The position numbers and the translations under genes were made by a program. From NCBI GenBank assembly GCA_030141605.1, contig JAQGDQ010000017.1, forward strand, positions 620,001-684,000: 64,000 bases of DNA, given 5' to 3'. Positions 12,201 through 24,740 of the stretch are shown one piece after another (within the stretch, counting starts at the first letter, position 1; every line of letters starts with the position of its first letter). This stretch comes from Tubiluchus corallicola (Eukaryota; Animalia; Priapulida). A model generated the notes under the pieces. The model ran no database searches. It saw only the letters and a list, made by a program, of their open reading frames with translations, and was not told the origin of the DNA.

Positions 12201-15200
12201 AATTTCTAGACGCTAGAGTATGTCACAGCAAAATAGCTCCCAGAGCTCTGTATGTATTTGACAACTGAATGTGAATGCAAGAGTTTTATTAATTATAGGC
12301 TGCACTATTATGAAACAGTGAAACATAACGGACCCATTTTATGAATTGGGCCTATGTGGTGACGCCTGTCATGCGTTGTCGTCATCGTTGTTGACACAAT
12401 AAAAAATTCATGTTAACTCGCAAAGGCACAGGACTAAAGTCAGAGGACTTTCAAGGTAGATGTCTGGGCTACAGACCATCACAATCATGTGGTGAACGAT
12501 GACTTAGGTCAAAGGGTTAAGGACAAAGAATATTACATGTAGTCAAATGGAGCCATAACACTGAATAATTTGAAAGCTATAGTACTGAAACTACAGGGTA
12601 GACACCCGAGGTAAAGGCGAGACAATGGTATAGAGATACTATAATCAAAAAGTTGGGATTGCTTAGAAACCTGAGATAGGAATCAGTGAAAATTTGGATA
12701 ACTCTAAAATTATACAGTAGGTGCTGCTTAATAAACTCACGGTTAATAGACTCAATCGCTTAATTGGCTCACAAACGCCTGGCATGGGCCGCTTCTATTC
12801 AAATGTACATAAAAACTGTCGGCAATTGCCTCAAATAACTCTGCATAATTTTTTTAAATATTTTTCCGACTCAATATTTTTCCTTCACATACGACAATAT
12901 TCCACATATTCTTTAAAATAAGACATTTGTATGTGCCCAAAGAGCCTTTCCTACTTTTATGTCATCTTTACTTTGCTTTTGTACACTATGTATGTGGAAA
13001 CAATCATGTTAAGTACCGTTTTGTTTGTAAGCAGGTAAGTTTATCTTGCAGTAATACGCTAGCATAGCGGTTTTGCTTTGAATCTGTTACCTGTTTGTCC
13101 ACTGCAATTTACCTCACTAACCAAGAATTTCTGGAAGCTAAACATTTAATCACTTGTCTAGCGGTTTCCTTTTGAAGCTCTCATTGCAAATCATGCTTTC
13201 ACCCTTAATCAGTTAACAGTCAAAGATTTTAACAATTTATTCCTGTGTATAAAACCATTTACCTTAGCAAGAACAGGTACCCAATGAGCATCTGCCGTGG
13301 CTACCTTAAACCATAATCCTCTAACACCTGTACTCAGCCAAACTAACAGAGAATCTATAAAAACGTAAAGGTTGTAATGCAAAACTTTTCAGGTCTATCA
13401 GTGCCACAATATTTAATTTGGTGCAAATGCACAACCTTTACATTTTTTATTGTCACATTTATAACTTGTGATATGAGAAATTGTGATACTGATAGACTTG
13501 AAAAACTGTGCTTGCAGGAAATGTTTGCAAATTTTTCAATGAAGATATGTGTAAACACTTCCAGAACACAGACTCATGTTACTCATTTTTAATTCAATTT
13601 CAATTTATTTATTGCTCTATAACACTACAACAGAACATTATTAATAACAGAATCAATAATAAGTGGTGAAGAGTAGTTAAAATGGATAGATATAAAACTA
13701 GAGAAAAGATAGCAAAAAGAGTATAAAATCATCTAGTCTGCTGTCCTTTACTGAATATAGAAAATGATCATTAAACACTAGTGGGCATGAAAATTAATGT
13801 TGTCGGTTTAATTTAGGAAACATTATTAATTTTCAGAATTATGACATTTACTATATAATTAAGTATCCCAAAATAAAGGAAATACTATAAATTAGTGAAT
13901 CAATAGAATAGAGTCAATCTTGCATAAACTAAAATTAGCATTTCAACTTTGAGTGAAAAACAGGTCAAATTCGTTATTGATTTTGGGTTCAACTTCACCA
14001 TGTCTAGGCTTATTCAGTAAAGCTAAATCTACTACTGACTTGGACATAATAATACATGTAAAACATAAAATAATTTTCAATATGCTGACTAGACAAACAT
14101 TTAGCTAAATAGGTTTTTGTAATAATTTTATAAAGGAAAGGTAAGACTTGTGCAATCTACACCTGTACTCATGTAGGTACCATAAGTTGTTTAACAATAC
14201 TGGCTAATAGTGTTTTACAAAATTAATGCCAGAAAATTATATTTGAATGGAACACGCAGGTAGAAAGCAGTCACAAGAAATACATTTTTTTATTAAATTT
14301 TTACATTACCATATTTTAAATTTGTACATAGTTTGAGCTGCAGGCTCACTGATAGCAAACTAAACACAGCAATTTGTTAAACATGCATATAAACACTTCT
14401 ACTAATACACCAGCAAATTAACGTTTTCTCTGTTTGTGTATTTACTCGCAGTTTCAACAGGCAGTTGCTGTAGCCATAATCAGATTCGTAGGCAATGCAG
14501 GACTAAGAAATAGTCAGTCCGAAGAATGTCATTTTGTTGCTGCCAATATGTTAAATTCTTGTAATAAAATGTCAAAATCATACCTTGGAGTTTTTTCTCG
14601 AATTCTTCTTCACAGCATCCCTCTTTAGTAGAATCAACAGTTATTCCATGGTACCTAAATACAGCACAAACAACGCAATAAACTATGATCTGACAGAACT
14701 TTGAATGTTAGCGAATAAATAAGATGCGTGGACATCACAACACACTGCAAATATCATGCCAGTTCCATGTGATTGTAATACAGTTCTCTTATATCTCTTG
14801 GTTATGAGAAATAAAAAGCAATACAAGGAAGACAATAATAATCAACAGCCCACAGTAACAGGGTGATGCTTAGATATGTCTTATTGGAACAATCAAACAA
14901 CAATTATATATGATACATTAAGCACAATTTAAACATACCTTTTAAATAAATACAGGAAGCTGAACAAAAATGTACTGAGCAGATTGCCCCATAAAGCCTT
15001 ATACTGACTGGTATACATGATGTGTGTCGCCTGCCCACTTAATGCGCTATCAGAGACAGGTCACATTATTTTTACGATTTATACAGTAGATGTTGCCAGC
15101 GTAACCAAAAATGGATCGGACATTCCATTACAGCAGAATTGAAGCAATTGATTAAATTTGAAATCTATTACATGAGCCACAGTAAAAATAGCATTTTTTT

Positions 15201-15886
15201 AATATTACAATATCTTAAAATAGCGTTCAAATATGACATTTTAGTGAAGAGTTCTTAGTATTTGCGTTTACCTGAATTTATCAGTCAGTCAAAAAACAAA
15301 AAGCCCACTCGGATGACAAAGTTGACAAAGATTCTTTTCAAGTCTGTTGGCTGACAAAAAAAATGTAAAGGTTGTGCATTTGCACCAGACTAAATATTGT
15401 GATACTGATAGACTTGAAAAACTGTGCTTGCAGGAAATGTTTGCAAATTTTTCAAGGAAGATATGATGTAAACACTTCCGGAACACAGACTCATGTTACT
15501 CATTTTTTAATTCAATTTCAATTTATTTATTTCTCTATAACACTACAACAGAACATTATTAATAACAGAATCAATAATAAGTGGTGAAGAGTGGTTAAAA
15601 TAGATAGATATAAAACTAGAGAAAAGATAGCGAAAACACTATAAAGTCACCTAGTCTGCTATCCTTTACTGAAGATAGAAAAATGAAAATGGTAAATTAA
15701 TGAAATTAAAAATTTGATAAGTGTTATTACTTACACATCGCTTTCGCCTTGAAAGACGGAGCAATAATCGCCACGGTTTCCACTGTCAGGTGATCCAGAC
15801 TGCTGAGTAACTTGTGCACTCGAGTCGCATCCTTCTTCAGGACACGTGTAGCTTTCATTGGCATTTTTGGTCAAACAGTTAGCCAT
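6259..15886 (-). CDS. NUDT6: Nudix hydrolase 6-like, 310 aa; exons 15735-15886, 14584-14654, 13263-13354, 11001-11106, 9902-10006, 7681-7889, 6259-6456
   Basis: All introns are GT-AG and phases are consistent (933 nt in total). Nudix box GGLVEIGEGLPEAVQREVLEETGI. NUDT6 N-terminal domain motifs DVYHGITVD, SLLVWLSTGVRGLWFK and GFEFHHAQPGYVMMTKWLP..NLPAYAHTYIGVGG, then FRHLH..FTCSDIYFVC. In-frame stop upstream of the ATG at 15886. Confidence 0.92.
6655..7225. mobile_element. Tigger/pogo-like MITE (related copy at about 49300-49645)
   Basis: AACTCGAA-type subterminal motifs and a right end TTCGAG..GGTTACTGTA. Shares sequence with 49300-49645 (e.g. ATTCTATTAACCATGCTA). Confidence 0.5.
7358..7655. 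mobile_element. hAT-type MITE with perfect 8-bp TSD
   Basis: Ends CAGGACCGGATTA...TAATCGAGCCCTG. TSD CCTATAGC at 7350-7357 and 7656-7663. It lies about 25 nt from a NUDT6 splice donor. Confidence 0.85.
8105..8608. mobile_element. Charlie-like hAT MITE
   Basis: Ends CAGTGATTCCCAACCTT...AAGGTTGGGAACCCATA, with repeated GCGACCC subterminal motifs. TSD GTATAGAA/TTGTAGAA (6/8). Confidence 0.7.
8842..8974. repeat. 133-bp imperfect palindrome made of two inverted, decayed hammerhead-like units
   Basis: Perfect 20-bp outer arms GTTTAACAATGCCTTTATTT/AAATAAAGGCATTGTTAAAC. Inner arms at about 8870-8896 and 8919-8945 also pair. See findings. Confidence 0.75.
9099..9282. mobile_element. Short Tigger-like MITE (family copy at 39978-40120)
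   Basis: Starts TA(T/C)AGTCAAACCTC..CCTACTTTGGGAC, as does 39978-40120, whose right end is GAGATTTGACTGTA. Confidence 0.6.
9384..9849. mobile_element. Tigger/pogo-like MITE
   Basis: TIRs TAGTCAACCTCAGATATAAGG / CCTTATACCCAAGGTTGACTGTA, with repeated CCTTATA..CGAG subterminal motifs. Confidence 0.75.
11631..12105 (+). mobile_element. hAT MITE family A, older copy
   Basis: Colinear similarity to 45184-45702 (AGTGGCAGCTC..CAGCACC..TTTTCACTCA..TTCTTTCTTTATACTT..CCCACTAATTTTA). Termini are decayed and there is no clean TSD. Confidence 0.75.
12713..13190 (+). mobile_element. Tigger-like non-autonomous transposon fragment (second copy at about 39000-39350)
   Basis: TACAGTAG start. Shares CCGCTTCTATTCAAATGTA, AAATAAGACA and TTTTATGTCATCTTTAC with 39000-39350. 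Confidence 0.55.
13359..13766. repeat. Duplicated intronic segment, copy 1 (copy 2 at about 15335-15686)
   Basis: About 290 bp near-identical between 13480-13766 and 15398-15686. The adjacent segment is present in opposite orientations in the two copies. Confidence 0.9.
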
Positions 15887-17567
15887 AGTATCTGATCAAT
15901 GTTGTCATGAAGCTTGGGATTCTCAGCAAGTTAGTTCACGAAGCTAAAAACAAACGGTCTTACTTGGAAACAAGACAGAAGATATACACAAAGATTCCTA
16001 AATTGTATTAAAAACAGCTGACTTAAACCTTAGAAGAATTCTTAATTTCTTACTCGTAATTAATATTTGTTTTTCCCCAGATGGTGAGTCAACCAAAAGG
16101 TCATCTAGTCAACTATCCTTAGAGACTAAATACCGACAAGCAATGCTAACAGGAAAGGCAATGTAAATTCACAAAGGTTTGCAAACCATAAATTTTTGAC
16201 GCAGAAGCAATTTTAACATGTTTTTAATGCCTAAATGTGCAGATATTATGCAAAAGCCACATATGTAAGGTAAAATTTTCAATTGTTTGCACAATTATTT
16301 ATTTATTATATTATTTATATATATATTATTTATAATATTTGACTAGCTTCATACAAAAAAGTTTTTTAACAATAGGGCACACACAGCAAGTCTAGTTTTT
16401 TATCCTTTTTTACGGATTGCGAATCTTCAAATTTCCAATAAATCTGCAGATGTAAATATGTACCGATGCAGGTAAATGAGAATGTGATTCATCTGTGATA
16501 CAAATAGACTAGTAGAAGAAAAAGAAAAAATAACTTTAGAATCGTAATTGTATAATTATGCAGACGATTAAACGTTCAAGTTACTTAGGCAACAAAATGA
16601 GCTCCATCAATGATGTCCTCAGGCTAAGAACAAATGTCCGGTCATTAAGTCAATGGTCCAGTAGCAAATGTTATTCTGTCCCCATGACAAATGCAATACT
16701 GTGCAGAAATTGCACATCGGAAATAAAACTTCGGTCCATTAGTAACAACGGTAAAATCATGCTACTTAAAGTTGTGAGCATTACATGAACATTCAGTCCA
16801 TTTCAGAGTTAAATGAAGACGTGCACCTGGGAATCACTATTGCAAAAAAGTTTAAAAAATGAATTCTATTCATAAGACAAGATCGACAGAAGTTTTATTA
16901 ACAAAATGCTCTTGGTACTAAAAAAATAGCACAATTCCAACATTTGGCTAATCACAGAAAATGTCTCTCTGGCCTGAAATCCACATTGCATTAAAGACCT
17001 TAAAAGGAATGCAAATAATACAAGTGTCACAGTTGCTGTATTGTCAGCGAGTTAGAAAGTTGAGTTACAAAGTAAAGTAATTCGTATAGTATGCAAACAA
17101 ACTGTACAAACAATGTGCTAAATTGGATTAATGGGAAATACTTGTTTGGTATTAAGGAAATGGACTTAAGGAACGAACTCCCACAGACAACCATGGATGA
17201 AAGAGAATAGACATCAGCAAATGTGGACCAAAAGGAAGTATTGGTATAGTGTGTACTGTGATTGTGCGTCCTTTCTGTGGCGACTCATATAATCATGAAA
17301 CACATACATCATGTCAGCTGACATTATTAATACATTTTATGCCAATTAAACACCCAGACATAATTCTTTTGCTGTATATAAAACGTATAATGTCATCATA
17401 TCAAATATAACCTGTGATGGTTTTTCCCACATTTTGCCACCCTACATGTTAAGAATAGCGGTAGACTTGTTTAGGGTGTAACAACTTTTTCTTAGAAAAC
17501 TGTTTTACCAGTAAAACCTTCCCAGAAAAACATCTTTCTAGAAATTTCTTCTCATAAGTCATTTCAT

Positions 17568-18405
17568 AAGTCGAACCTCGTTATGCTGCCCCCGTTATAA
17601 CGCCCACCTTGCCATAACACCAACTATGGCCCTGTCTCTATATTTCCATAATATAAATAGAGGGAATATCACCAACCTCGCCTACAGCCATCCGCCAACG
17701 TATCTACTGTACCAAATGTCTATTTTACAAAATAAATTTAACTCACTATAATGCCAGCCAAGATAAAGTGTGATGAATTGTTGCTGAAAAACAACCACTG
17801 TGTTGTAAAAACAATGACCTCTAAACGGGAAAAAACAATTAAGGTGTTTAAATTAAGATTTACGTCTTGTTGCAAGTGACTGTATAAAAGTGAATGCTGA
17901 GGTTTTGAGCAAGGAACGTGCACTTTAAGAGTACAAGAGTTGCGTAGCTAGGCGTCAGTACTGAATTGATGTGAATTTAACGGCTGTAAAAGCTCTTTGA
18001 CTCAAGGTCAAGTTATATGTGGCAGCTATTAGTAATGTTACGCTGAGAGCAGTTGCGAGTGGTTACGACGGAGGGGCTGTGTGGCTGCATATTTCTCTTA
18101 ACAGGAGACGGCAGTATTTCACAACATTGCTACTCCACATTGTGTTACCTAAATTAAGTTTCTGCAATGTGCCACCGTAGAACTACATCTGCCTTAATTT
18201 GGTTAATGCAGCAATAGTGTACAGTATAACACATGTATTGTTGTAGGTATAATAATATCATCCCATTCGTGACATATTACAAGTAACTAGAAAACAACAT
18301 AAAGGTTACAGACTGGAATGGCTTTCATATTTAATGAACTTCACCTTACTGCCAACCCCACTATAGCACTATAGCGTCCCAGACCTGGCGTTATAACGAG
18401 ATTTT
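17568..18405. mobile_element. Tigger-like non-autonomous element
   Basis: Left end AAGTCGAACCTCGTTAT..GTTATAACGCC; right end GGCGTTATAACGAGATT. Confidence 0.5.
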
Positions 18406-19517
18406 TTATGCATTAGAGATTATACAATTGAAAGGTATGATGAAAATATCTAAGTACTTGGCTTCAACATAAATTAGCCATTAACAGCCATAGAATTAAT
18501 CATCTTGCTACAGTTGTTGCTACAACTGCTGCTGCTGCCCAAAGTAATTGCAGCTGTTGCTCTGACTGACGAATGCTGAAATAACTTTTGCACTGTTGTT
18601 TCAATATGAATGAAACTTGGCAGTGTGTGCCACTGAAAAAAGAAATAGACTGATCATATTTCACATACTTGTTCATCTTGAGGTAAGCAGAATATACCTG
18701 AGTGTGTGCTTGGCTAGCAAAATTAAGCATTGCCAAATATGGCAACCGATTAATGGCACCACAGCTTAGGCATGTCAGTGCGATACCAAAAAAGATGACT
18801 AACACATGCAGGGGAAAATCTCAACTAGAGATAGAAAGCTGAAGAAAATAGCAGGATGAAAGAGGAAGAGCTAGAAACAGAGAAAGATCAGAGAGAGGGG
18901 AGAACGCCAAAGAAAAAGGGATAGAAAGGGACAGGACGAATTGTTGACAGAGAGTGAGGGATAGAAAGACGGGGCGAGAAGGGGACTGAAGGAAAAGAGG
19001 GAGAGGACGAGGTGATAATAATATTTATGAAGAGAAATCGGAGATCGGCTTATCTTTCTAAAATTGCAGATCTTGCACTTATAAAAACGTCGCCCTGATT
19101 TTTTTGTTGAAAAAACTTTTTGGGATTGAGAAGTTTTCTGTGAATTTTTTTCTGGCAGTTTTTTGAAGAGCTATTTTTTCTGAAAAATGCTTTTTCTGTG
19201 AATTTTTTTCTGGGAAACGGACCTAAACCAAGAAAGGAGCCAGATTTAGAAGGCGCGATGCTATGAATAAAGCAGTCACACCAAGTATGTTACCACTATA
19301 ATAATTATGAGCATATCGCTGAGCATTATTGTCAGTCGGATTTGTGTCACTGAGTGTATCAGTCACCGAGCGATTAAAACAGATAATTACTTTACTTATG
19401 TGTTCATTTTGATCGTCTTTCTATTGCTGTTGCAACAATTCTTTGCGCGTGCTGTGAATTTCCCCTTTATGTCTCAAATTCTTGAAATAAGTTTGCAATT
19501 TAGTGTGTATGGAGCCG

Positions 19518-20210
19518 AGTAAACCACTAGCCGAAGTAGGACACTTCCGCTAAAACGCATGTGCTAAATCTGCGGAAAGCAGTGTCGTACATGGGCAGCC
19601 CAAGTAGGACACTGGCGATTGCTGTCGAGATTTATGACATAATGAAACGTAAAACTAAATTTGTTTTAGAAAAAAGTAACTTTATAATAACGATGGATAC
19701 TCCTTGACAATTTACATTTTTACAATAATATCATCATTATTATTAGCTCCATTAATCATCATAACATTCAACTAAGTATCTAATGCTTTAAAGAGAGGAA
19801 CTATGTAGGGCACATAGCTCGCTAGCCCATTTACTTAGCAGAAAACAATTATTTGTCCAAGAGGTAGTGAAACGGATCACCTGTCTGTGAAGCGAGACAA
19901 AATAAAAATGATATACCTTAAGCAAATGTTGGAATCGCCTAAGAAGTGGGCTTATTTCACTTTAAAAAGATTAATATCGAAGCCAAATTTAATATTGAAA
20001 ATTTTATGAACTCAAAATAAGATTCTTTTATTTTATCAGATGTATAATAAATTATTCAACGTTTTTGACGTTTTCAGTTATTATTATTAAATAAACAAGG
20101 ACAACGGGTGCTGCCAGTACGGTTAACGACTCAATTTGTGACCTGTCTCTAGTGTCCTACTTGGGCTAGCCCATGTACGCCAATTGTCCTACTTTGGCTA
20201 GTGGATTACC
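19518..20210. mobile_element. Merlin-like non-autonomous DNA transposon, 693 bp
   Basis: 26-bp TIRs AGTAAACCACTAGCCGAAGTAGGACA versus reverse complement GGTAATCCACTAGCCAAAGTAGGACA. Second inverted block GTACATGGGC(T)AGCCCAAGTAGGACACT. Degenerate 8-bp TSD TGGAGCCG/TGGCGCCC. Confidence 0.7.
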
Positions 20211-20708
20211 TGGCGCCCAACAGTGTGGAAAAAAATTCAGCAATTCGGGATATCATCACTATAACAAAGTGTACAAAGTGGAAGCAACGAAAATTTATTA
20301 CGTATTTCGTTTTTGCGATTAGCGGCTATGCTGGCGGCATCAAACGGCGAATCATTAAAAAATTTCGAGCGGCGCATTAACTGCAATCATAATATTCTTA
20401 AGTTCACCAATAATGTTCGCATACGCCCAATTTCGATAAGGCAAAAATACCTTTGCGTGGTTAATAAAAGAAGAATTTTTCAAATAAAAGCAATTATTAG
20501 TTTAATAAAACTCAAAACACATCATGAAAACGAAAAACAGTTGTAGCAATAAGTTTGTATTATGTACTTGTAAACACTTCTGCAGTTTTCTTGTAAGTAA
20601 AATTTTATTGTTCTTCCTGAGGAAAGAGGCTAGCTGACTGCGTGATTTGCTGCCTACTCTGTAAAAAAGTAATGCATTTTTTATTGATTTTTCTCTCGAT
20701 TTTTCTCT

Positions 20709-20908
20709 AGAGTGAGAGAAAGAGAGGCAGAGAGAGAGAGAGAGAGAAGGAGAGAGACAAACACACACACAGAGAAAGATCCTTCTTTTCCTTTTGTTGA
20801 AGGTTCCGCCATTTGTTTCTTAGTGGCAGAAAGGGAGAGAGACAGACACATACACACACAGAAAGATCCTTCTTTTCCTTTTGTTGAACGTTCTGCCATT
20901 TGTTTCTT
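20709..20908. repeat. (GA)n/(CA)n microsatellites with an 87-bp tandem duplication
   Basis: AAAGATCCTTCTTTTCCTTTTGTTGAA..GCCATTTGTTTCTT occurs at 20775 and 20862. Confidence 0.85.
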
Positions 20909-22999
20909 GGTCGTTTTACTCCAATGCAAGGTGGCGGTTTGGCATATTAAAAATTGCACCCATTTATGTACCCTGCAATTATTCTATATAATTACACATA
21001 CATTATATTGTAGGTTTGTATATAAATAATTAACACAAGCACACATGCACACAACAAGTAATTGCATATGGTGCTTCATATATATATAATCATTACAGTA
21101 GTAGAGATGAGTCAGACTGAACTGCCAGCCTAGGGCGTCATAACGTCTTGATACACCCATGCACATATACACTCATATACATGTATGGTGTATGCATTAT
21201 TACATACAAAGATTCTATGAAGCTGAGCCTATATATTTAACTATATAAAATGATTGCCCTTAGCACCTAGGCCTGTATAAAATTAATTAATTTTAGCCCA
21301 TCAATAAATAATATTTATCAAGACTTGTCAGTGGATTTAGCCACAGGTGTTTTGTTAGTACGCTTATACAAGCACATTTTTTACATATTAACAAACTGTA
21401 TTTAATGAACACTTATTTTGATGTAAGCCCAACTGAATCTTAAAAAAAAATAGGCTAAATATAAGTGACGTCTACACATGATATATGAACTGTTATGACA
21501 CGCCTGCCGATTCTAATTTATGCACCAGGTTGCCTTCTCACCTGAATTCCGCAACTTGATTTTAACCTAGTTAGTTGGTTGTTATAGAGGTGGAGGTATT
21601 GCCAGTTGCTTAGGATGACAGCTCTGATGTTTAGTTTTGTTATTCTTTTGTTCACAGATAATAAAAAGGAGGAATAATGTCATAAATGCATCTCCGTTTG
21701 TTTAACGTGATTTTATAACCAACTCCAACTCATAACAAAGTATGATTACAAGCTTTTTAAACATCTTTTAACTTGGAATTAACAAAACATGTAGGTGCTT
21801 GTATTAAGTTTTGCTCTGGAAAAATTATTTACTCTTCTGAAAAAAACGATTTTTTTTCTATGAAAAGTATTACACATGAAAGTCATGCCTAATATTTCTT
21901 CAAGTTGTATTTCCTGATAAGAACTAATTAAATAATTTTAGAAAAAAAATATTTCTCCAGAAATAGAATACTACATGAGCCAGGTATTTGCAAACTATCT
22001 TTATGATCAACTTTCTTAACTTCTTTTGTAAATAAGCCTATTAATTTTCATGAGATATGGTTATAATAGTTTTTATTTTAACTACTAATTATTCTTAATG
22101 CCTTATGCTTGCTTTAAATAATATTAAAAAATATAACAGCTGTTATAAATCGCCAAAGACAGATGTAAGCCTTGCAGTCTTTGCTTATTGTAAAACATAT
22201 TTAACTTGTAACAAAAGGTACAAAACTGTGTTATAATTAGCATTTTATTATAGCTACCTGGCTGCTTCCTCGAGAACAGCTTGAGCTATAGCGTACCTGA
22301 CAACAACAGTCCGTAATGGTCTGCCGCTAGGGCGACATTAACTGCGCGCTAATGTTGTATTATTTGGCTATAATGTATTGGTTGACAGAAGTTCGACAAG
22401 ATTTCCCGCATGTACTAAATTGAACTACTCGAAGCTTTGTTTGCAGACTTGTTTGACTTTGAAGATCTGTACACATTAGCAGTTGTAGTTTGTTAAGCTT
22501 ACATAAATGAAGATCCTAAAGCTGTAAATAAATTTATTCCTCATGCAGATTTAACGGAAAAAAATCTGAAATCGTACCATTTCTCCAGCCAAGCGTTAGT
22601 CTTACGATTTTAATCTGACCCATTAGCATCAACCAGATTCAATTCCTACAGGTATGACAGAGCTGGATTTTTTGCAAATATTTTGTTATTGTTGGGTAGG
22701 TGTGCACCTGGCATCTGAGTGGGGAAAAATCCAAAAATAATGCTTTCTTTTATCATTAATCACCTTCGATTTGTTGCCTGCATTTTTGGTTTGTTTGATT
22801 GTCTTATGTCTATTTGTGATTTTCTTTGCGTGTAAAACAAATGTATGTTAAAATTGTGTTATTTTCTAAACAAACAAGTCTGCAACTGAGTTAGAGAGAG
22901 TTAATTTTCACTAAGTTTTTTATGTGTTTATAATTGTTATTTTTGTACTTTAACAGATTTAGAGGCTGTTAGTTTTAGAGAGATAACAGCAGTCAAAAA

Positions 23000-23923
23000 A
23001 TGGCGGTAGAGTCACAAACAACTATATACTACAAGTGCACGTCTTGCTGTGAATGCTTCATGTCAGAGAAAAACTTTTTAAAACACACACTTAGGTGGCA
23101 TTGCAAGCTGTTAATTAGTGAAGGGCATGATCCTGATGTACTTGAAAATATGGCATCAGCTGTTACGTTAGTTAACAAATTTGAAACATATTGTGAGTCT
23201 GATACAATTATTTCTGATGGAAGCTTGTTGAGCCCAAATGTTTCTGTGGAAGCAGTGCAGGAAAGAAATTTAGACAACATTTCTGATAATGCTAATGTCA
23301 AAGATGAACTTCATGACTTGTCTGGACCATGTGTAATGACTGATGCTTTTCCTTCATTTAGTGACAAGAATTTTCAAGATGAAGATTTTCAGTGTTCAGA
23401 TACATTCCAGGTCTCGTCTAATAAGCAGCTACCTAAAAATAGTGCTGATCATTCTGAGCTGAAAGTGGAAAGTGTTAAAAATTTGAGTTATATTAATAAT
23501 TTAGGCAAAAATACAGTGCGCAAGTATGATGACAATAGGATGAAGAAGAAACATAACATTCTGTGCGAATGGTGCGGTAAAACATTCACTCGTGTGGCTG
23601 AGTTACACCGGCACGAACGCATGCACACTGGTGAAAAACCGTTTAAGTGTGACACATGTGGTCGAGATTTTGCTCGATCGGGGACACTAAAAAATCACCT
23701 GAGGACACACTCGGGGTCAAAGCCATATAAATGCAAAATTTGTGACAAGGGTTTTTCACAGCCTGGCAACATGAAATCTCACTTGAGCACGCACACTGGG
23801 GAGCAGCCTTTTGTCTGCGAATATTGCGGAAAACGGTTCACGCATCCATCCAGTTGTTACAGGCACCGAAGTCGTAAGATTTGTCAAGAAAACAAATATT
23901 CACTTTTGTCAACTAGTTCCTGA
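23000..23923 (+). CDS. C2H2 zinc-finger protein, 307 aa, single coding exon
   Basis: Four tandem C-terminal fingers with TGEKP, SGSKP and TGEQP linkers (the last finger is C2HC), plus an isolated N-terminal finger CTSC..HTLRWH. Probable 5' UTR intron 22652-22956 (GT-AG). In-frame TAG before the ATG. AATAAA at 23941. Confidence 0.9.
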   Translation: MAVESQTTIYYKCTSCCECFMSEKNFLKHTLRWHCKLLISEGHDPDVLENMASAVTLVNKFETYCESDTIISDGSLLSPNVSVEAVQERNLDNISDNANVKDELHDLSGPCVMTDAFPSFSDKNFQDEDFQCSDTFQVSSNKQLPKNSADHSELKVESVKNLSYINNLGKNTVRKYDDNRMKKKHNILCEWCGKTFTRVAELHRHERMHTGEKPFKCDTCGRDFARSGTLKNHLRTHSGSKPYKCKICDKGFSQPGNMKSHLSTHTGEQPFVCEYCGKRFTHPSSCYRHRSRKICQENKYSLLSTSS

Positions 23924-23962
23924 CCCAAATAAGACAAGCAAATAAAAGTAACTAATGATAGT

Positions 23963-24533
23963 TAGTGTTTACGCAAAAATCTGACTCGGGTACCGTTTTC
24001 CTTATATCCTCCGAGTATCCGGTTACCAGATTGTTAAAATTCAGCAACAGTAAAGACAACCACTGGTGCATTTTAACTAACTACACTGTTAGCAATCGTT
24101 CATTATACACTGAGAGCTTGAACAAACGAACTATGAGTTGCAAAACTTAGTGTTTTCATAAGGCACTTGGCTGATTTTTTATCTGCCAGTACTGCACTGA
24201 GCATTATTAATACATCGTGGGGATTAGAGGAATAAAATAATCTGTATTATCCTTTTTGTATGCTGTTAAACTTAATCTGTTTATTCTTATTTTGGATAGT
24301 GGCCTGAAGTGCCCAAGCATGCTGCCAACGCAACAGTAATAATCAGCTAGTACTTAGTGTAGAAATGCACAGCAGAAGGTGGCATTTAAATTTTAATTTC
24401 TCTAACAATGGATATTGTACTATAAAATTTAATAATGTCAGCATTTTCATTGTTAAAACTAGGTAAAAATATAAGGCTTGGGTAATAAACCAAGCGGGCA
24501 GTTACTCGGATACCTGGGTACTAGATGGAAACA
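23963..24533. mobile_element. hAT-type MITE just downstream of the ZNF stop codon
   Basis: Ends TAGTGTTTAC...GGAAACA, with ACTCGG(G/A)TACC subterminal motifs. Flanking direct repeat ATGATAGT at 23955-23962 and 24534-24541. Confidence 0.65.
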
Positions 24534-24740
24534 ATGATAGTTATGTCAAAATGATTTTAGTTGGTCACAAGGCACTTTTCAGTGAATGCATTAGGTCTTG
24601 TTGAAAGGTGTATTTTAGGAATTAGAGGAAAGGCATTTTCTATATTCCGGGAATTTTGAGAGACTAATAATGATAACACCATTTGACACAATTGTGTGTG
24701 CTGATTAGCTGATATAAAAATGTTCACTGAAATTTGGAGA

